The notes beneath the pieces were generated by a model that did not search any database, was not told the DNA's origin, and was given only the letters and a program-made list of their open reading frames with translations. Below, one piece after another: positions 1 through 9,679 of a stretch of 64,000 nucleotides of DNA; the first letter of the stretch is position 1; each line of letters starts with the position of its first letter. Source of the stretch: Armatimonadota bacterium (lineage in GTDB: Bacteria; Sysuimicrobiota; Sysuimicrobiia; Sysuimicrobiales; Humicultoraceae); contig JBBIOM010000007.1 in NCBI GenBank assembly GCA_037443365.1, positions 19,303 to 83,302 on the forward strand, read 5' to 3'. Position numbers and translations under genes: made by a program.

Positions 1-120
1 CTTTCCAACGCCGACGAGGAGGCCCGGCTGCGTGCGCCTGCCTTCCGGCAGCGCCTGGCCGAGGCGGTCGCGCGCGCGGTGCAACGTTTCCTCGTGATCT
101 ACCCGGTACCCGCGAGCTAG
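1..120 (+). CDS. 3' end of an upstream gene; the tail resembles the C-terminus of an N-acetylmuramoyl-L-alanine amidase
   Basis: Frame 1 reads LSNADEEARLRAPAFRQRLAEAVARAVQRFLVIYPVPAS, then TAG at 118-120. The LSN..E..L pattern followed by an Ala-rich helix is typical of Amidase_3 ends. Only 39 codons are visible. Confidence 0.4.
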   Translation, partial: LSNADEEARLRAPAFRQRLAEAVARAVQRFLVIYPVPAS

Positions 121-144
121 CCTACAGGCCCAGGGGGGCGACCC

Positions 145-879
145 ATGCTTCGAGCCGACGGACGTGCCGCCGACGAGATGCGGCAGGTCCAGATCACCCG
201 GAACTTCATCCCGCACGCGGAAGGGTCGGTGCTCATTACGCTCGGCGAGACGCGCGTCGTGTGCACCGCTACCGTGGAGGAGCGCCTGCCGCCGTGGCTT
301 CGCGGTGCGGGCCAGGGTTGGATCACGGCCGAGTATGGCATGCTGCCCCGCTCGACGCACGAGCGCACCCCGCGTGATCCGGGTCGGCAGGGCGGGAGGA
401 CGCATGAGATCCAGCGCCTGATCGGGAGGTCGTTGCGCGCGGCGGTGGATCTCCAGAAGATGGGCGAGCGCACGATAACGGTGGATTGCGACGTCCTCCA
501 GGCCGACGGCGGTACCCGGACTGCCGCGATCACGGGCGCGATGGTGGCGCTCGTGGACGCGCTGGCCGTGCTGAGGCGCACCGGTGCCCTGGGCTGGTGG
601 CCGCTCCGCGAACTGGTGGCGGCCACCAGCGTGGGGATAGTCGAGAACGAGGTCCGCCTGGACCTGACCTATACCGAGGACGCGCGCGCCCGCGTGGACC
701 TCAACCTGGTCATGACCGAATCGGGCAACATGGTCGAGGTGCAGGGGACCGCGGAAGGCCTGCCATACAGCCGGGCGGAGCTCCTCGACATGCTGGCGCT
801 GGGCGAGGTCGGGATCCGCGCGCTCGTCGCGGAGCAGAAGGCGGCGCTGGGCGACGCCCTGTCGGGACAGCCGCGTTGA
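145..879 (+). CDS. rph: Ribonuclease PH
   Basis: The 244-aa ORF begins [46 protein letters not shown] and contains [14 protein letters not shown]. This is a full-length RNase PH signature. Confidence 0.93.
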   Translation: MLRADGRAADEMRQVQITRNFIPHAEGSVLITLGETRVVCTATVEERLPPWLRGAGQGWITAEYGMLPRSTHERTPRDPGRQGGRTHEIQRLIGRSLRAAVDLQKMGERTITVDCDVLQADGGTRTAAITGAMVALVDALAVLRRTGALGWWPLRELVAATSVGIVENEVRLDLTYTEDARARVDLNLVMTESGNMVEVQGTAEGLPYSRAELLDMLALGEVGIRALVAEQKAALGDALSGQPR

Positions 880-1493
880 CGCTGGAGATCGTCCTTGCCA
901 CGCGCAATCCCGGGAAGCTCCGCGAGCTGCGCGCGCTGCTCGAGGGCCTTCCGGTGCGCGTCCTGACCCTCGACGACTATCCGGGAGTCCCGGCCCTGCC
1001 CGAGACCGCCGACACCTTCGAGGGCAACGCGAGGTCGAAGGCGACGGCCGTAGCGCTCATGACCGGGCGAATCGCGCTTGCCGACGACTCGGGTCTCGAG
1101 GTGGATGCGCTGGGCGGCGCGCCTGGGGTTCACTCGGCGACGTTCCTGGGTGAGGGCGCGACCGACGCCGATCGGATCGCCTGGGTGCTCGAGCGGATGC
1201 GCGGGGTGGAGGATGACCGCCGCACTGCCCGGTTCCGCGCCGTGGTGGCCGTGTCCACCCCTGATGGGGCCGTGCGCACCTTCGAGGGCATCTGCGAGGG
1301 GCGCATTGCCGCGGCGCCCCGAGGGGCCGGGGGTTTTGGATACGATCCGATCTTCTTCCTTCCGGCGCACGGATGCACCATGGGGGAACTCCCTGTTGAG
1401 TCCAAGAACGCCATCAGCCACAGGGCGCGGGCGCTGCGGGCCGCGCGCGCACATCTGGCATCACTGGCCGGCGCGGCATCGTCTCCCGTGTGA
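876..1493 (+). CDS. rdgB: Non-canonical purine NTP pyrophosphatase (RdgB/HAM1 family)
   Basis: The TTG start at 876 overlaps the rph stop (TTGA). The product reads [20 protein letters not shown]...GNARSKA...[19 protein letters not shown]...GFGYDPIF...SHRARAL. The longer ORF from 486 is an in-frame run-on across rph. Confidence 0.9.
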   Translation: MTLEIVLATRNPGKLRELRALLEGLPVRVLTLDDYPGVPALPETADTFEGNARSKATAVALMTGRIALADDSGLEVDALGGAPGVHSATFLGEGATDADRIAWVLERMRGVEDDRRTARFRAVVAVSTPDGAVRTFEGICEGRIAAAPRGAGGFGYDPIFFLPAHGCTMGELPVESKNAISHRARALRAARAHLASLAGAASSPV

Positions 1494-1512
1494 AGAACCC
1501 TGGAGAAGGCGC

Positions 1513-3153
1513 CTAGAGGATTGCTCTGGAATCGCGCTCCAGCAGCGTGCGCCGCGCCAGGGGCACCGGTGGAGCGCCGAGCCCGATCAGCCGGTCGTGG
1601 AACTCCCGTAGCGAGAAGGCCGCCCCGCGTTCTGCCCTGTAGTCGTCACGCAGTTTCCGGATTAGGAACTTGCCCAGCGTGTAGTTGAGGTACCCCGGGT
1701 CGAAGGTGCCGCGCACTGCCTCCTTGCGCGCGGTGAGCGGCTCCATGTAGGCGCGGTCCTCGAACAGGGCCGCCGCCTGATCCACCGTCATCCCTCCCGC
1801 GTGCATCCTGATCGCGGCCAGGTACCTGACCTGCCGCACCAGGGCCTCGGCGAGCTGGGCCAGGTGGAACTTCGGGCTTCGGTCAACGCCGGCTTCGAGC
1901 ATCATCTCCTCGCAGTAGTGCGCCCACCCCTCGATGAAGGAGTACGAGGTCAGCATCTTGGCGGTCCGCGAGGGGGCGTTCCTGATCCTCAGGAAATGGA
2001 TGAAGTGACCCGGGTAGGCCTCGTGGATGCTGACGTCCTTGAGCGTGGCGTAGTCGAACTTCGTCAGCCATTCCTCGCGCTTCTCCCGCGGCCAGTCAGG
2101 CAGAGGAGGTGTGACGTAGTAGTAGGACTCGGCGGTCTCCTCAAAGGGGCCTGCTGAATCCATCATGGCGAAGGCCCACCGCGCGAACGGCGGCGTCTCC
2201 TCGACCAAAGGCCGCGCGTCACCTGGGATCGTCACGATCGCCTCCTCGATCAGGAACCGCCGCAGGCCCTCCAGCATCGCCTGCGTCTGCGGGATGAGCT
2301 CCTCTTCGCTCGGATGCTCCCTGGCCAGAAGACCCATGACCTCGCGCGGGTGCTCGCCCGGGGCAACCTGCGCTGCCACCTCACAGAGGTCCGCGCTCAG
2401 CCGCTCCATTTCGGATTCGCCCAGGGCGATGAGGCGGTCGAGGGGTACATCCACCATCTCGCCGCTTCGCAGCATCGCTGCCAGGGCCGCCTCGCCGATG
2501 GCGAACTCCCCGGTGGCGTGGTCCCTTGATTCGGCGAGGGACGCCTCGAATCGCTCCAGGGCGGCGCATGCCGCAGCGCGTGCCGCCTCGAACCGCGCGT
2601 GCAGCGGCGTGCCCGAGACCGCCGCGGCCGCGCGCGCCAGATCGCCAGCGTAGTACGCCCTGTATCCGCCGTAAACCTCGATCGCGGTCTCGACGATGGG
2701 TAGGGCCAGGGGCTCTTCGAGGTGAGCCCGGGCTGTCTCCAGGAAGCCGGGTATCTCCTCGAGGTGGCAGGCAAGCGCGCGCAGGCGCTCGGGGAGCGGC
2801 GCGTAGGCGCGCTTGATGTATGTGGTGACGTCCAGGGGGAAGCTCCAGGCGACCGGGTTGCGCGCGTGCTCGCGCAGGACCTCGAACCGAAGGCGCTCAT
2901 GGGCGATCGTCTGGGAGATCAGGGCTGCGTCATGTGAGGCCTGGGCCGTCAGGTCTTCACGCGGCAGTTCTACAAGACCCCGTTCCCACGTGGCGAGCCT
3001 GCGCATCCAGGAATCGAGCGCAGCCCTTGAGTAATCGCCCGCCCTCCCATCGTAGGCATGCAGCCCCATGCCCGAACCGCTGGTGGGGTAGAACTCCAGG
3101 TAATCGGCCAGGAATCCCTGCGAGATGCGCTCGAACTCGTTATCCGGTTGCAC
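1513..3153 (-). CDS. DUF885 family protein (putative metallopeptidase-like)
   Basis: 546 aa with YYYVTPP...HEAYPGHFIHF...EGWAHYCEEMM, which is characteristic of DUF885. Confidence 0.72.
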   Translation of the reverse strand: MQPDNEFERISQGFLADYLEFYPTSGSGMGLHAYDGRAGDYSRAALDSWMRRLATWERGLVELPREDLTAQASHDAALISQTIAHERLRFEVLREHARNPVAWSFPLDVTTYIKRAYAPLPERLRALACHLEEIPGFLETARAHLEEPLALPIVETAIEVYGGYRAYYAGDLARAAAAVSGTPLHARFEAARAAACAALERFEASLAESRDHATGEFAIGEAALAAMLRSGEMVDVPLDRLIALGESEMERLSADLCEVAAQVAPGEHPREVMGLLAREHPSEEELIPQTQAMLEGLRRFLIEEAIVTIPGDARPLVEETPPFARWAFAMMDSAGPFEETAESYYYVTPPLPDWPREKREEWLTKFDYATLKDVSIHEAYPGHFIHFLRIRNAPSRTAKMLTSYSFIEGWAHYCEEMMLEAGVDRSPKFHLAQLAEALVRQVRYLAAIRMHAGGMTVDQAAALFEDRAYMEPLTARKEAVRGTFDPGYLNYTLGKFLIRKLRDDYRAERGAAFSLREFHDRLIGLGAPPVPLARRTLLERDSRAIL

Positions 3154-3284
3154 GGATGCTCCTTTGTTGGGTTTGCCCGGACACTCACGCGGATGCCGGG
3201 CATCTTCTCCCGGAGCCGCCGTGATCCCTCCCTGGAACTTTCGGCTTGCCTAAAGAAGAGGATTCGGGTACCTTAAGAACGACC

Positions 3285-3536
3285 ATGATGACCGCGCGCA
3301 CGCTCTCGGAGATGCGCCCAGGCGAGACCGCCCGCCTGGGGCAGATGCCGGCCGTGGAGGTCGGCCTGGCGCAGGAACTTGCGGCCGTGAGGTTGCTGCC
3401 TGGAGAGGTCGTTACGGTTCTGGCCGAGGTGGGCGCAGGCGGGCCCTTGCTGGTGCAGGGAGCCGGCGGCGTCTTCGCCTTGGGCCGCCGTCTCGCCGCT
3501 CGCCTTTCCGTTGAGGGTCTGGGTCCGTGCCCCTAG
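3285..3536 (+). CDS. feoA: FeoA-domain ferrous iron transport protein
   Basis: The small SH3-like protein reads MMTARTLSEMRPGETARL...LPGEVVTVLAEVGAGGPLLV and sits directly upstream of feoB. I chose ATG 3285 rather than the alternative start at 3246. Confidence 0.8.
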   Translation: MMTARTLSEMRPGETARLGQMPAVEVGLAQELAAVRLLPGEVVTVLAEVGAGGPLLVQGAGGVFALGRRLAARLSVEGLGPCP

Positions 3537-3577
3537 GCTGCCACGATCCCAGGTCTGGCACCCCTGCCGACGGGGAC

Positions 3578-5515
3578 ATGCAGGTCGCCCTGGCCGGCAA
3601 CCCCAACGTCGGCAAGTCCACGGTCTTCAACCTGCTGACCGGCTTCGGCGCGGCCACCGCGAACTACCCGGGCACGACCGTCGAGGTCACCGTGGCCGCC
3701 GCGCGCATCAACGGGAGCCGCGTGACCATCCTCGACCTGCCGGGCACGTACGCCCTCACGGGACACACAGAGGATCAGCAGGCGGCTCGGCGCGCCCTCC
3801 TGGAGGAGCGTCCCGACGCCGTTGTGGCGATCCTTGATGCCACCAATCTGGCGCGCAACCTGTACCTGGTCCTGCAGCTTGTGGATCTGGGGTTCCCGGT
3901 TGTGGTGGCGCTGAACCTCACGGATGAGGCAGAGCGGCGGGGGATTCACATTGACGCGGCTCGCCTGGGAGCACTGCTGGGGGTTCCTGTGGTTCCCACG
4001 GTCGCCACGCGGCGCCACGGGATGTCCGACCTCATAGCCGAGGCCATGCGCCAGGGAAGGCCGTCCGCGCAGCCCAGGCACAGGTACTGCGCGGAGATCG
4101 AGGACATCGCCGCACGGGTCGCGGCGCTCCTGGAAGGACACGTTCTGCCGGCGCGCGGGCGCGCGCTGCTGCTCCTTGAGGAGGGTGACGCTTCCGGGTT
4201 GCCCCCTGGGGTGATCACACCAGGGGCCGCCGCGGAGGCCGCGGCGATTGCCCGCGCGGTGAGCGCTCAGGGCGGGGAGGCCCTGGCGCTGGCGATCGCG
4301 CGCGAGCGGCACCTGGCGGCCGAGCGCATCGCGCACGAGGCGACACTGCGTTCAGGCCAGGCGCAGCGGCTGCACCTCTGGCGCCTGGCCACGCGGCCTG
4401 CAACCGGCGTGCCCCTGCTCCTCGCGGTGCTGGGCGCGGTGTTCGCGTGCCTGTTCTGGGGCGGGGGCGTGCTGGCCGGATTCGTGGATGCCCTCTGGGT
4501 GCGCACCGCCTCGCCCGCCATCGCCACGCTCTCCGCCTGGGCCCTGGGAGACGGCGTGCTCACGCGCATCGTGCACTGGGGCCTGGATGCGGGCCTGCTG
4601 GCCGTGCTCACCGTGGGCATCCCCTATGTGTTGACGTTCTATCTGCTGCTCTCGATCCTGGAGGACAGCGGGTACCTCAACGTTGCCGCGGTGCTGACCG
4701 ACCGGTTGATGGGCCGCCTTGGCCTGAACGGCAGGGCCGCGATCCCCCTGGTGGCGGGCGCCGGCTGCAGCGTGCCGGCGATGCTCGGGTTGCGGGTGCT
4801 GCGCAGCGAGCGCGAGCGACTCATCGGCGCCACGCTCGTGGCCTTGCTGCCGTGCAGCGCGCGTACGGCCGTGATCATGGGCGCGGTCGCCTTCCTGGGC
4901 GGCTGGCGCGCGGCGCTGCTGCTCTACCTGACCGTGGGGGTTCTCATCCTGGCGACGGGCTGGGGGCTCAACCGCCTGGTGCCTGGCCGGGCGCCGGACC
5001 TGCTCATGGAGGTCTTCCCGTTTCGCTGGCCGATGCCGCAGGGCGTGCTGCGCAAGGCGTGGTCGCGGGCCCGCGAGTTCGTCACCGTGGCCGTTCCGTT
5101 CGTTTTGGTCGGGAGCCTCCTGCTGGGCGCGCTGTACGAGACGGGCCTGATCCGTCTAGCCGAGCGGCCGCTGTCCCCGATCGTGGAGGGCTGGCTCGGC
5201 CTGCCGCCGGTGGCCGGGCTCACGCTGATCTTCGCGGTGCTGCGCAAGGAGCTCGCGCTGCAACTGCTCATCGCGCTCGCCGTCGTGCAGTACGGCAGCA
5301 GCGCGAGCAGCCTGTCGGCGTTCATGACGCCCAACCAGGTGTTCACCTATGCGCTCGTGAACACGATATACATTCCCTGCGTGGCGACGATGGCAGTACT
5401 GGCGAGGATCCTGGGCTGGCGGCGGGCCGCGGCGATCTCCGTGTTCACGATCGTGCTGGCGCTTGCCGTCGGGGGGCTGGCCACGCGGCTGCTGGCTCTC
5501 TTGGGATTCGGATAG
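3578..5515 (+). CDS. feoB: Ferrous iron transporter FeoB (G-domain plus permease)
   Basis: It begins MQVALAGNPNVGKSTVFNLLTG (G1 motif), has DLPGTY (G3), and continues into a long polytopic membrane domain. I chose ATG 3578 inside ORF 3527..5515. Confidence 0.92.
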   Translation: MQVALAGNPNVGKSTVFNLLTGFGAATANYPGTTVEVTVAAARINGSRVTILDLPGTYALTGHTEDQQAARRALLEERPDAVVAILDATNLARNLYLVLQLVDLGFPVVVALNLTDEAERRGIHIDAARLGALLGVPVVPTVATRRHGMSDLIAEAMRQGRPSAQPRHRYCAEIEDIAARVAALLEGHVLPARGRALLLLEEGDASGLPPGVITPGAAAEAAAIARAVSAQGGEALALAIARERHLAAERIAHEATLRSGQAQRLHLWRLATRPATGVPLLLAVLGAVFACLFWGGGVLAGFVDALWVRTASPAIATLSAWALGDGVLTRIVHWGLDAGLLAVLTVGIPYVLTFYLLLSILEDSGYLNVAAVLTDRLMGRLGLNGRAAIPLVAGAGCSVPAMLGLRVLRSERERLIGATLVALLPCSARTAVIMGAVAFLGGWRAALLLYLTVGVLILATGWGLNRLVPGRAPDLLMEVFPFRWPMPQGVLRKAWSRAREFVTVAVPFVLVGSLLLGALYETGLIRLAERPLSPIVEGWLGLPPVAGLTLIFAVLRKELALQLLIALAVVQYGSSASSLSAFMTPNQVFTYALVNTIYIPCVATMAVLARILGWRRAAAISVFTIVLALAVGGLATRLLALLGFG

Positions 5516-5535
5516 CCGTGAAGGAGGCATGGCGC

Positions 5536-6891
5536 ATGTCCCCAGAGCACGTGCACAGGCACATAGACATGCACCGCCAGGAGTCGCTGGAGATCCTCAA
5601 GACCCTGGTTCGCCAACCCAGCATCAGCGCGCAGGGGATCGGCGTCAGCGAGTGCGCCCGCCTGCTGGCCGGGGTCATGAGCGATCTCGGGATTCCCTCG
5701 GAGGTGATCGAGACGCCGACCGCTCCGGTCGTGTATGGCGAGGTCGCCGGGAAGCCTGAGGGCTACACGCTGCTGTGCTACGGACACTACGACGTGCAGC
5801 CGCCCGAGCCGCTCGATCTGTGGGTGAGCCCGCCTTTCGAGCCCACGGTGCGCGACGGCCGGCTCTACGGCCGGGGGACCGGCGACAACAAGGGCCAGCT
5901 GATCGCCCACGTGCTGGCGGCCAAGGCCTGGATCGAGGCCGCGGGGGCGCCGCCTGTCAACCTCAAGTTCGTCTTCGAGGGGGAGGAGGAGTCGGGGTCG
6001 GGCGGGCTGGCCGAGTTCGTGAGGAAGCACAAGACGCGCCTGGCAGCGGACCTGGTCTACATCTCCGACGGCGGGCTGCATCCCAGCGGCGCGCCCGTCA
6101 TCTCCCTGGGCAACCGCGGGATAGTGGGGATCACGCTTGTCGCCCAGGGCGCCGATCGCGACAACCACTCGGGCAACAAGGGCGGCGTGGCGCCCAACCC
6201 TGTCTGGATGCTGGTGAACCTGCTCTCGACCATGGTGGATCCCGCGGGCCGGGTGCTGATCGAGGGCTTCTACGACAACGTGCGACCGATCGGTCCAGTG
6301 GAGGAACGGCTCCTGGCCGGTATGGAGTTTGACCCCCGCGAGTTCGCCGCAACAATGGGGCTCGATGACCTGCCGATGGACGGGGCCACCTACTGGAAGC
6401 GCATCATGCTGGAGCCGTACTTCAACATCAGCGGATTCGCCAGCGGCTACGTGGGTCCGGGATCCAAGACCATCATCCCCTCGAGGGCCGAGTGCCGCAT
6501 AGACATCCGGCTGGTGGTGGATCAGAAGACCGGCGAGATCTTCGAGAAGGTGAAGGCGCACGCGGCACGCGTGGACCCGCGCGTTCAGGTGCTCGCGCGC
6601 GGCTTCGGGTCCATGGAGCCCAGCCGCACTTCTGTGGACCACCCGGCCGTGGCCGTTGTGGCCGGCGCCATCCGGGCGGTACGGGGGATCGAGCCGTTTG
6701 TCAACCTCTGTTCAGGGGGGAGTCTACCCAACGCGGTCTGGCCCACGGTGCTTGGCGCAGATCACATCGGCGTGCCCTACGCCAACGCCGATGAGGGCAA
6801 CCACGGCCCCAACGAGAACCTGAGCCTGGAACGGTTCTACGACGGCATCCACGTGAGCGCCGAGGTCTTCCGCGCGCTGGCTGGCGTCTAG
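5536..6891 (+). CDS. M20 family metallopeptidase (dipeptidase/ArgE-DapE-like)
   Basis: It reads MSPEHVHRHIDMHRQESLEILKTLVRQPSIS...GHYDVQPPEPLDLWVSPPFEPTVRDGRLYGRGTGDNKGQL...FEGEEESGS. AGGAGG lies upstream of ATG 5536. The listed 814-aa ORF from 4447 is a run-on over feoB. Confidence 0.86.
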   Translation: MSPEHVHRHIDMHRQESLEILKTLVRQPSISAQGIGVSECARLLAGVMSDLGIPSEVIETPTAPVVYGEVAGKPEGYTLLCYGHYDVQPPEPLDLWVSPPFEPTVRDGRLYGRGTGDNKGQLIAHVLAAKAWIEAAGAPPVNLKFVFEGEEESGSGGLAEFVRKHKTRLAADLVYISDGGLHPSGAPVISLGNRGIVGITLVAQGADRDNHSGNKGGVAPNPVWMLVNLLSTMVDPAGRVLIEGFYDNVRPIGPVEERLLAGMEFDPREFAATMGLDDLPMDGATYWKRIMLEPYFNISGFASGYVGPGSKTIIPSRAECRIDIRLVVDQKTGEIFEKVKAHAARVDPRVQVLARGFGSMEPSRTSVDHPAVAVVAGAIRAVRGIEPFVNLCSGGSLPNAVWPTVLGADHIGVPYANADEGNHGPNENLSLERFYDGIHVSAEVFRALAGV

Positions 6892-6911
6892 GCGCCGCTG
6901 GCTCCTCGCCG

Positions 6912-6940
6912 TTGCGGAGCGCGCGCGGCTCTGCTACGAT
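6912..6940 (+). promoter_or_regulatory. Putative sigma-70 promoter for tRNA-Pro
   Basis: TTGCGG (6912-6917), a 17-nt spacer, then TACGAT (6935-6940), ending 8 nt before the tRNA 5' end. Confidence 0.35.
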
Positions 6941-6948
6941 CGCGGCGT

Positions 6949-7025
6949 CGGGGCGTAGCGCAGCTTGGCAGCGCGTCTGGTTTGGGACCAGAAGGTCGGC
7001 GGTTCGAGTCCGCCCGCCCCGACCA
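6949..7025 (+). tRNA. tRNA-Pro (anticodon TGG)
   Basis: It folds by hand as a 77-nt cloverleaf: acceptor CGGGGCG/CGCCCCG, D arm GCGC..GCGC, anticodon stem TCTGG/CCAGA with loop TTTGGGA, T arm GGCGG-TTCGAGT-CCGCC, discriminator A and an encoded CCA. Confidence 0.93.
6981..7025 (+). repeat. attL-like copy of a 45-bp direct repeat (the 3' part of tRNA-Pro)
   Basis: TTTGGGACCAGAAGGTCGGCGGTTCGAGTCCGCCCGCCCCGACCA recurs at 8448-8492 with a single mismatch (44/45). Confidence 0.8.
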
Positions 7026-7043
7026 GTGTTCATGCGAGTTTCG

Positions 7044-7300
7044 TCACTTCTCTCCGTTCGAGGATAGCCCAAGATCTAGGTGTAAGTCAGGTGTAGAGAA
7101 CAACCGCGCCCCCGGCACGCGGATGCCTTGCTCCTGCATCCCAGGGAGAACGTGCGCGTAGACATCACCTGCGACGCTCACGCACGAATGCCCTAGGGCT
7201 TCACTAACGACCTCCTAGGTCCACGTCTTCTCGACGGAGCCCAAGGGCCTCGCTCGGTCGCATCCCGCTCTCAATAGGCATGAGATGGAGCCGATAGTAG
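7044..7300 (-). pseudogene. Tyrosine-recombinase (phage-type integrase) remnant with internal deletion and frameshift
   Basis: On the minus strand, ...ESGMRPSEALGLRREDVDLGGR (Arg-I box) stops at 7204-7206. Immediately after, in another frame, comes ALGHSCVSVAGDVYAHVLPGMQEQ... (His-II/catalytic Tyr box), ending at TGA 7046-7044. The central part of the catalytic domain is missing. Confidence 0.7.
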
Positions 7301-7500
7301 CATGAGGATCGTTTCGCTTCGGCTGGGAGAGGCGTCCCAGAAATCGACTGCGAGGGCGCCTGTGCCGAGTGCTGATCGTTCTGAAAGGGCACAAACGGAC
7401 TTTCGATGATCAGCGAGGAGGGGGCCCGGACGGGAGGAGTGCAGGCGTCAAGAAGCAAACCTACGATAGATCGTTCTCAGCATCCTGCTGGGAGGCTGCC

Positions 7501-8151
7501 ATGCTGGTTCGCGAGCGAATGACAACGGATCCGGCGACCATCACATCCGGCATGTCGGTGCCGGACGCCCTGCGTCTGATGCGCCAGAGAAAGATCCGAC
7601 GCCTGCCCGTGGTCGATGGCCACGGACAGCTGGTCGGGATCGTCTCCGACAAGGATCTGCTCTACGTGGCGCCCTCGCCAGCGACCACGCTGGCGATCTG
7701 GGAGATCCCCGAGTTGCTCGGCAGGCTTAAGGTCGAGCAGGTTATGACCCGGGAGGTTGTCACAGTGTCTGAAGACGCGCCGCTGGAGGAAGCGGCGCGC
7801 ATCATGGTGGACCGCAGGATTGGCGGCCTGCCCGTCATGCGAGGCAAGACTCTGGTCGGCATCATCACCGAGACGGATCTGTTCAAGGTGTTCCTGGAAC
7901 TGCTGGGTGGCCGCAGACCAGGCGTGCGTGCGACCGTTTCCGTCTCTGGCGTCAAAGGCACGATGGCCAAGATCACCGGCGCGATCTTCGGCGTCGGCGG
8001 CGATATCGTCGGCCTCGGTCTGAGCGAAGTCAAGGATGCCGCCGGAACGCCCTGGCGTGTCACGTTGAAGGTGCAGGGCGTCTCCCGGGAGAAGCTCGTG
8101 GCGGCCATCCGGCCTGTCGTGCAAGATGTCCTGGAAGTGCGCGAGACGTAA
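7501..8151 (+). CDS. CBS-pair plus ACT domain protein (AcuB-like)
   Basis: The first CBS reads MLVRERMTTDPATITSGMSVPDALRLMRQRKIRRLPVVDGHGQLVGIVSDKDLL, and a second CBS contains VMTREVVTVSEDAPLEEAARIMVDRRIGGLPVM. An ACT-like tail follows (RATVSVSGVKGTMAKITGAIF). I chose ATG 7501 within ORF 7369..8151. Confidence 0.8.
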   Translation: MLVRERMTTDPATITSGMSVPDALRLMRQRKIRRLPVVDGHGQLVGIVSDKDLLYVAPSPATTLAIWEIPELLGRLKVEQVMTREVVTVSEDAPLEEAARIMVDRRIGGLPVMRGKTLVGIITETDLFKVFLELLGGRRPGVRATVSVSGVKGTMAKITGAIFGVGGDIVGLGLSEVKDAAGTPWRVTLKVQGVSREKLVAAIRPVVQDVLEVRET

Positions 8152-8209
8152 CGATCAGGGCGCGGAATACGGAAGTACCATTGGGTATGTAGGAAGACTT
8201 CCGACGTTC

Positions 8210-8366
8210 TTCGCGGTGGGGCCAGCACGGCCCCGCCCTAGCGTCTCCCGGTGCTACATCCTCCCCAAGCATCTTCAGGCCGCCTGGCGGGCCAAGTTGC
8301 AGCACGCCTATCGTCAGCCGACGTACGCAACCGCGCGCAGCGTTGCAGCAGAGCATGATGAAGGTG
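8210..8366 (+). pseudogene. Possible IS256/mutator-type transposase fragment
   Basis: The translated segment ...RCYILPKHLQAAWRAKLQHAYRQPTYATARSVAAEHDE resembles the ...kvPkklq.e.kaaLk.iy.Ap..eeA... region of IS256-family transposases. No DDE core and no plausible start are present. The call is weak. Confidence 0.3.
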
Positions 8367-8447
8367 AACGGCGGACTGGTGGCGTAATGGTGGCTGGGGC
8401 TGCTCGTGCAATCTCAACTGGCCTGGGTCTTGGAGTAGGACTACTCC

Positions 8448-8492
8448 TTTGGAACCAGAAGGTCGGCGGTTCGAGTCCGCCCGCCCCGACCA
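8448..8492 (+). repeat. attR-like copy of the tRNA-Pro 3' segment
   Basis: TTTGGAACCAGAAGGTCGGCGGTTCGAGTCCGCCCGCCCCGACCA. The upstream sequence (ctactcc) cannot form the anticodon stem or the 5' half, so this is not a functional tRNA. Confidence 0.8.
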
Positions 8493-8526
8493 ATGCAGCA
8501 CACCACCTCTGTCACGGAGGTATCGC

Positions 8527-9657
8527 ATGAAGCCTCGCCACAGCGGATCCCCCTGGTACACGACTTCGCGCAGGCGCGGTGCATTCGGGGTTGCGCTCGC
8601 GGTGCTGTTGTGCGCCGTCTCCCTGACACCGCCCTGCGGTATCGCCCAGACGCCGTTCTACGCGGGCAAGACCATCGAGCTGCTCGTCACGTTCGCGCCC
8701 GGGGGCGGCACCGACCTGGATGCGCGGTTCTTCGCTCCGTTCTTCGAGAAGCACACCCCGGGCAACCCGCGAGTGATCGTGCGCAACATGGCCGGCGGGG
8801 GAGGGGTCACCGGCGCCAACTGGTACTGGAACAACGCCAAGAACGACGGCCTGATGATCATCGCGGCTTCGGGTTCCAACAAGATACCCTTCATCCTCGG
8901 CGTGCCTCAGGTCCAGTACGACTTCCGCAAGTGGAGGCTCATCAAGGTCAACGGGGTGGGCGGTGCCGTCTACGTATCGCCGCGAACTGGCATCCGCAAG
9001 GTTGACGACGTCCTCAAGCCTCGTGAGCGGCTGGTGTACGGCAGCATAGGTCCCACATCCGTTGACCTGACGACGCTGCTGGCATTCGAGGTGCTCGGCA
9101 TGGAAGTCAAGGCGGTCTTCGGGTTCGAGGGCAGGGGCCCGGCCCGCCTGGCCTTTGAGCGGGGCGAGATCAGCATAGACCACCAGACGACGCCGGCCTT
9201 CTCATCGCAGGTGGGGCCGCTTGTCAAGGAAGGCAAGGCCGTCCCGATCTTCTCGCTGGGGCAGCTGAATGAGCGCGGGCAGATCGTCCGCGATCCCGGG
9301 TTTGCCGACCTGCCGACCGTGTACGAGGCCTTCCAGACGCTGTACAAGAGCAAGCCCGACGGCTACATCCGGTACAAGGCCTACAGGTCGATCCTTTCCG
9401 CGGGGTTCTCGTTCCAGAAGACCTTCTGGGTTCCGGAGGGGACACCGGTTGAGGCGCTAGGCGCCCTGCGCGAGGCAGTGGACCGGATGCAGCGCGACCC
9501 CGCCTTCCAGCAGCAGGCCAGTACCGTCCTGGAGGGCTATCCCGTGACCCGGGGTGACCTGGCCGAAACCGCGGTCCTGCGGTCGCTCGGCATCACGCTT
9601 GACGTGCGTCAGTACATCCTGAACCTGCTGCGCACGAAGTTCGGCGTGGCGATCTAG
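8527..9657 (+). CDS. tctC: Tripartite tricarboxylate transporter substrate-binding protein (TctC/Bug family)
   Basis: It has a signal peptide (GVALAVLLCAVSLTPPCGIAQ), then FYAGKTIELLVTFAPGGGTDLDARFFAPFF...VIVRNMAGGGGVTGANW, typical of Bug/TctC proteins. A tctA-like permease follows. Confidence 0.85.
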   Translation: MKPRHSGSPWYTTSRRRGAFGVALAVLLCAVSLTPPCGIAQTPFYAGKTIELLVTFAPGGGTDLDARFFAPFFEKHTPGNPRVIVRNMAGGGGVTGANWYWNNAKNDGLMIIAASGSNKIPFILGVPQVQYDFRKWRLIKVNGVGGAVYVSPRTGIRKVDDVLKPRERLVYGSIGPTSVDLTTLLAFEVLGMEVKAVFGFEGRGPARLAFERGEISIDHQTTPAFSSQVGPLVKEGKAVPIFSLGQLNERGQIVRDPGFADLPTVYEAFQTLYKSKPDGYIRYKAYRSILSAGFSFQKTFWVPEGTPVEALGALREAVDRMQRDPAFQQQASTVLEGYPVTRGDLAETAVLRSLGITLDVRQYILNLLRTKFGVAI

Positions 9658-9679
9658 CCCGGGGCAGCACGGGTTTCTC

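Noticed and set aside
4447-5535. The N-terminal 363 codons of the listed 814-aa ORF 4447..6891.
   Set aside because: This part overlaps feoB in another frame and is Arg/Gly/Pro-rich. The M20 peptidase homology begins at ATG 5536, which has an AGGAGG upstream.
8385-8492. A possible second tRNA-Pro gene.
   Set aside because: Only the 3' 45 nt match the tRNA (variable loop, T arm and acceptor 3' strand). The upstream sequence cannot form an anticodon stem, a D arm or the acceptor 5' strand. I interpret it as an att repeat.
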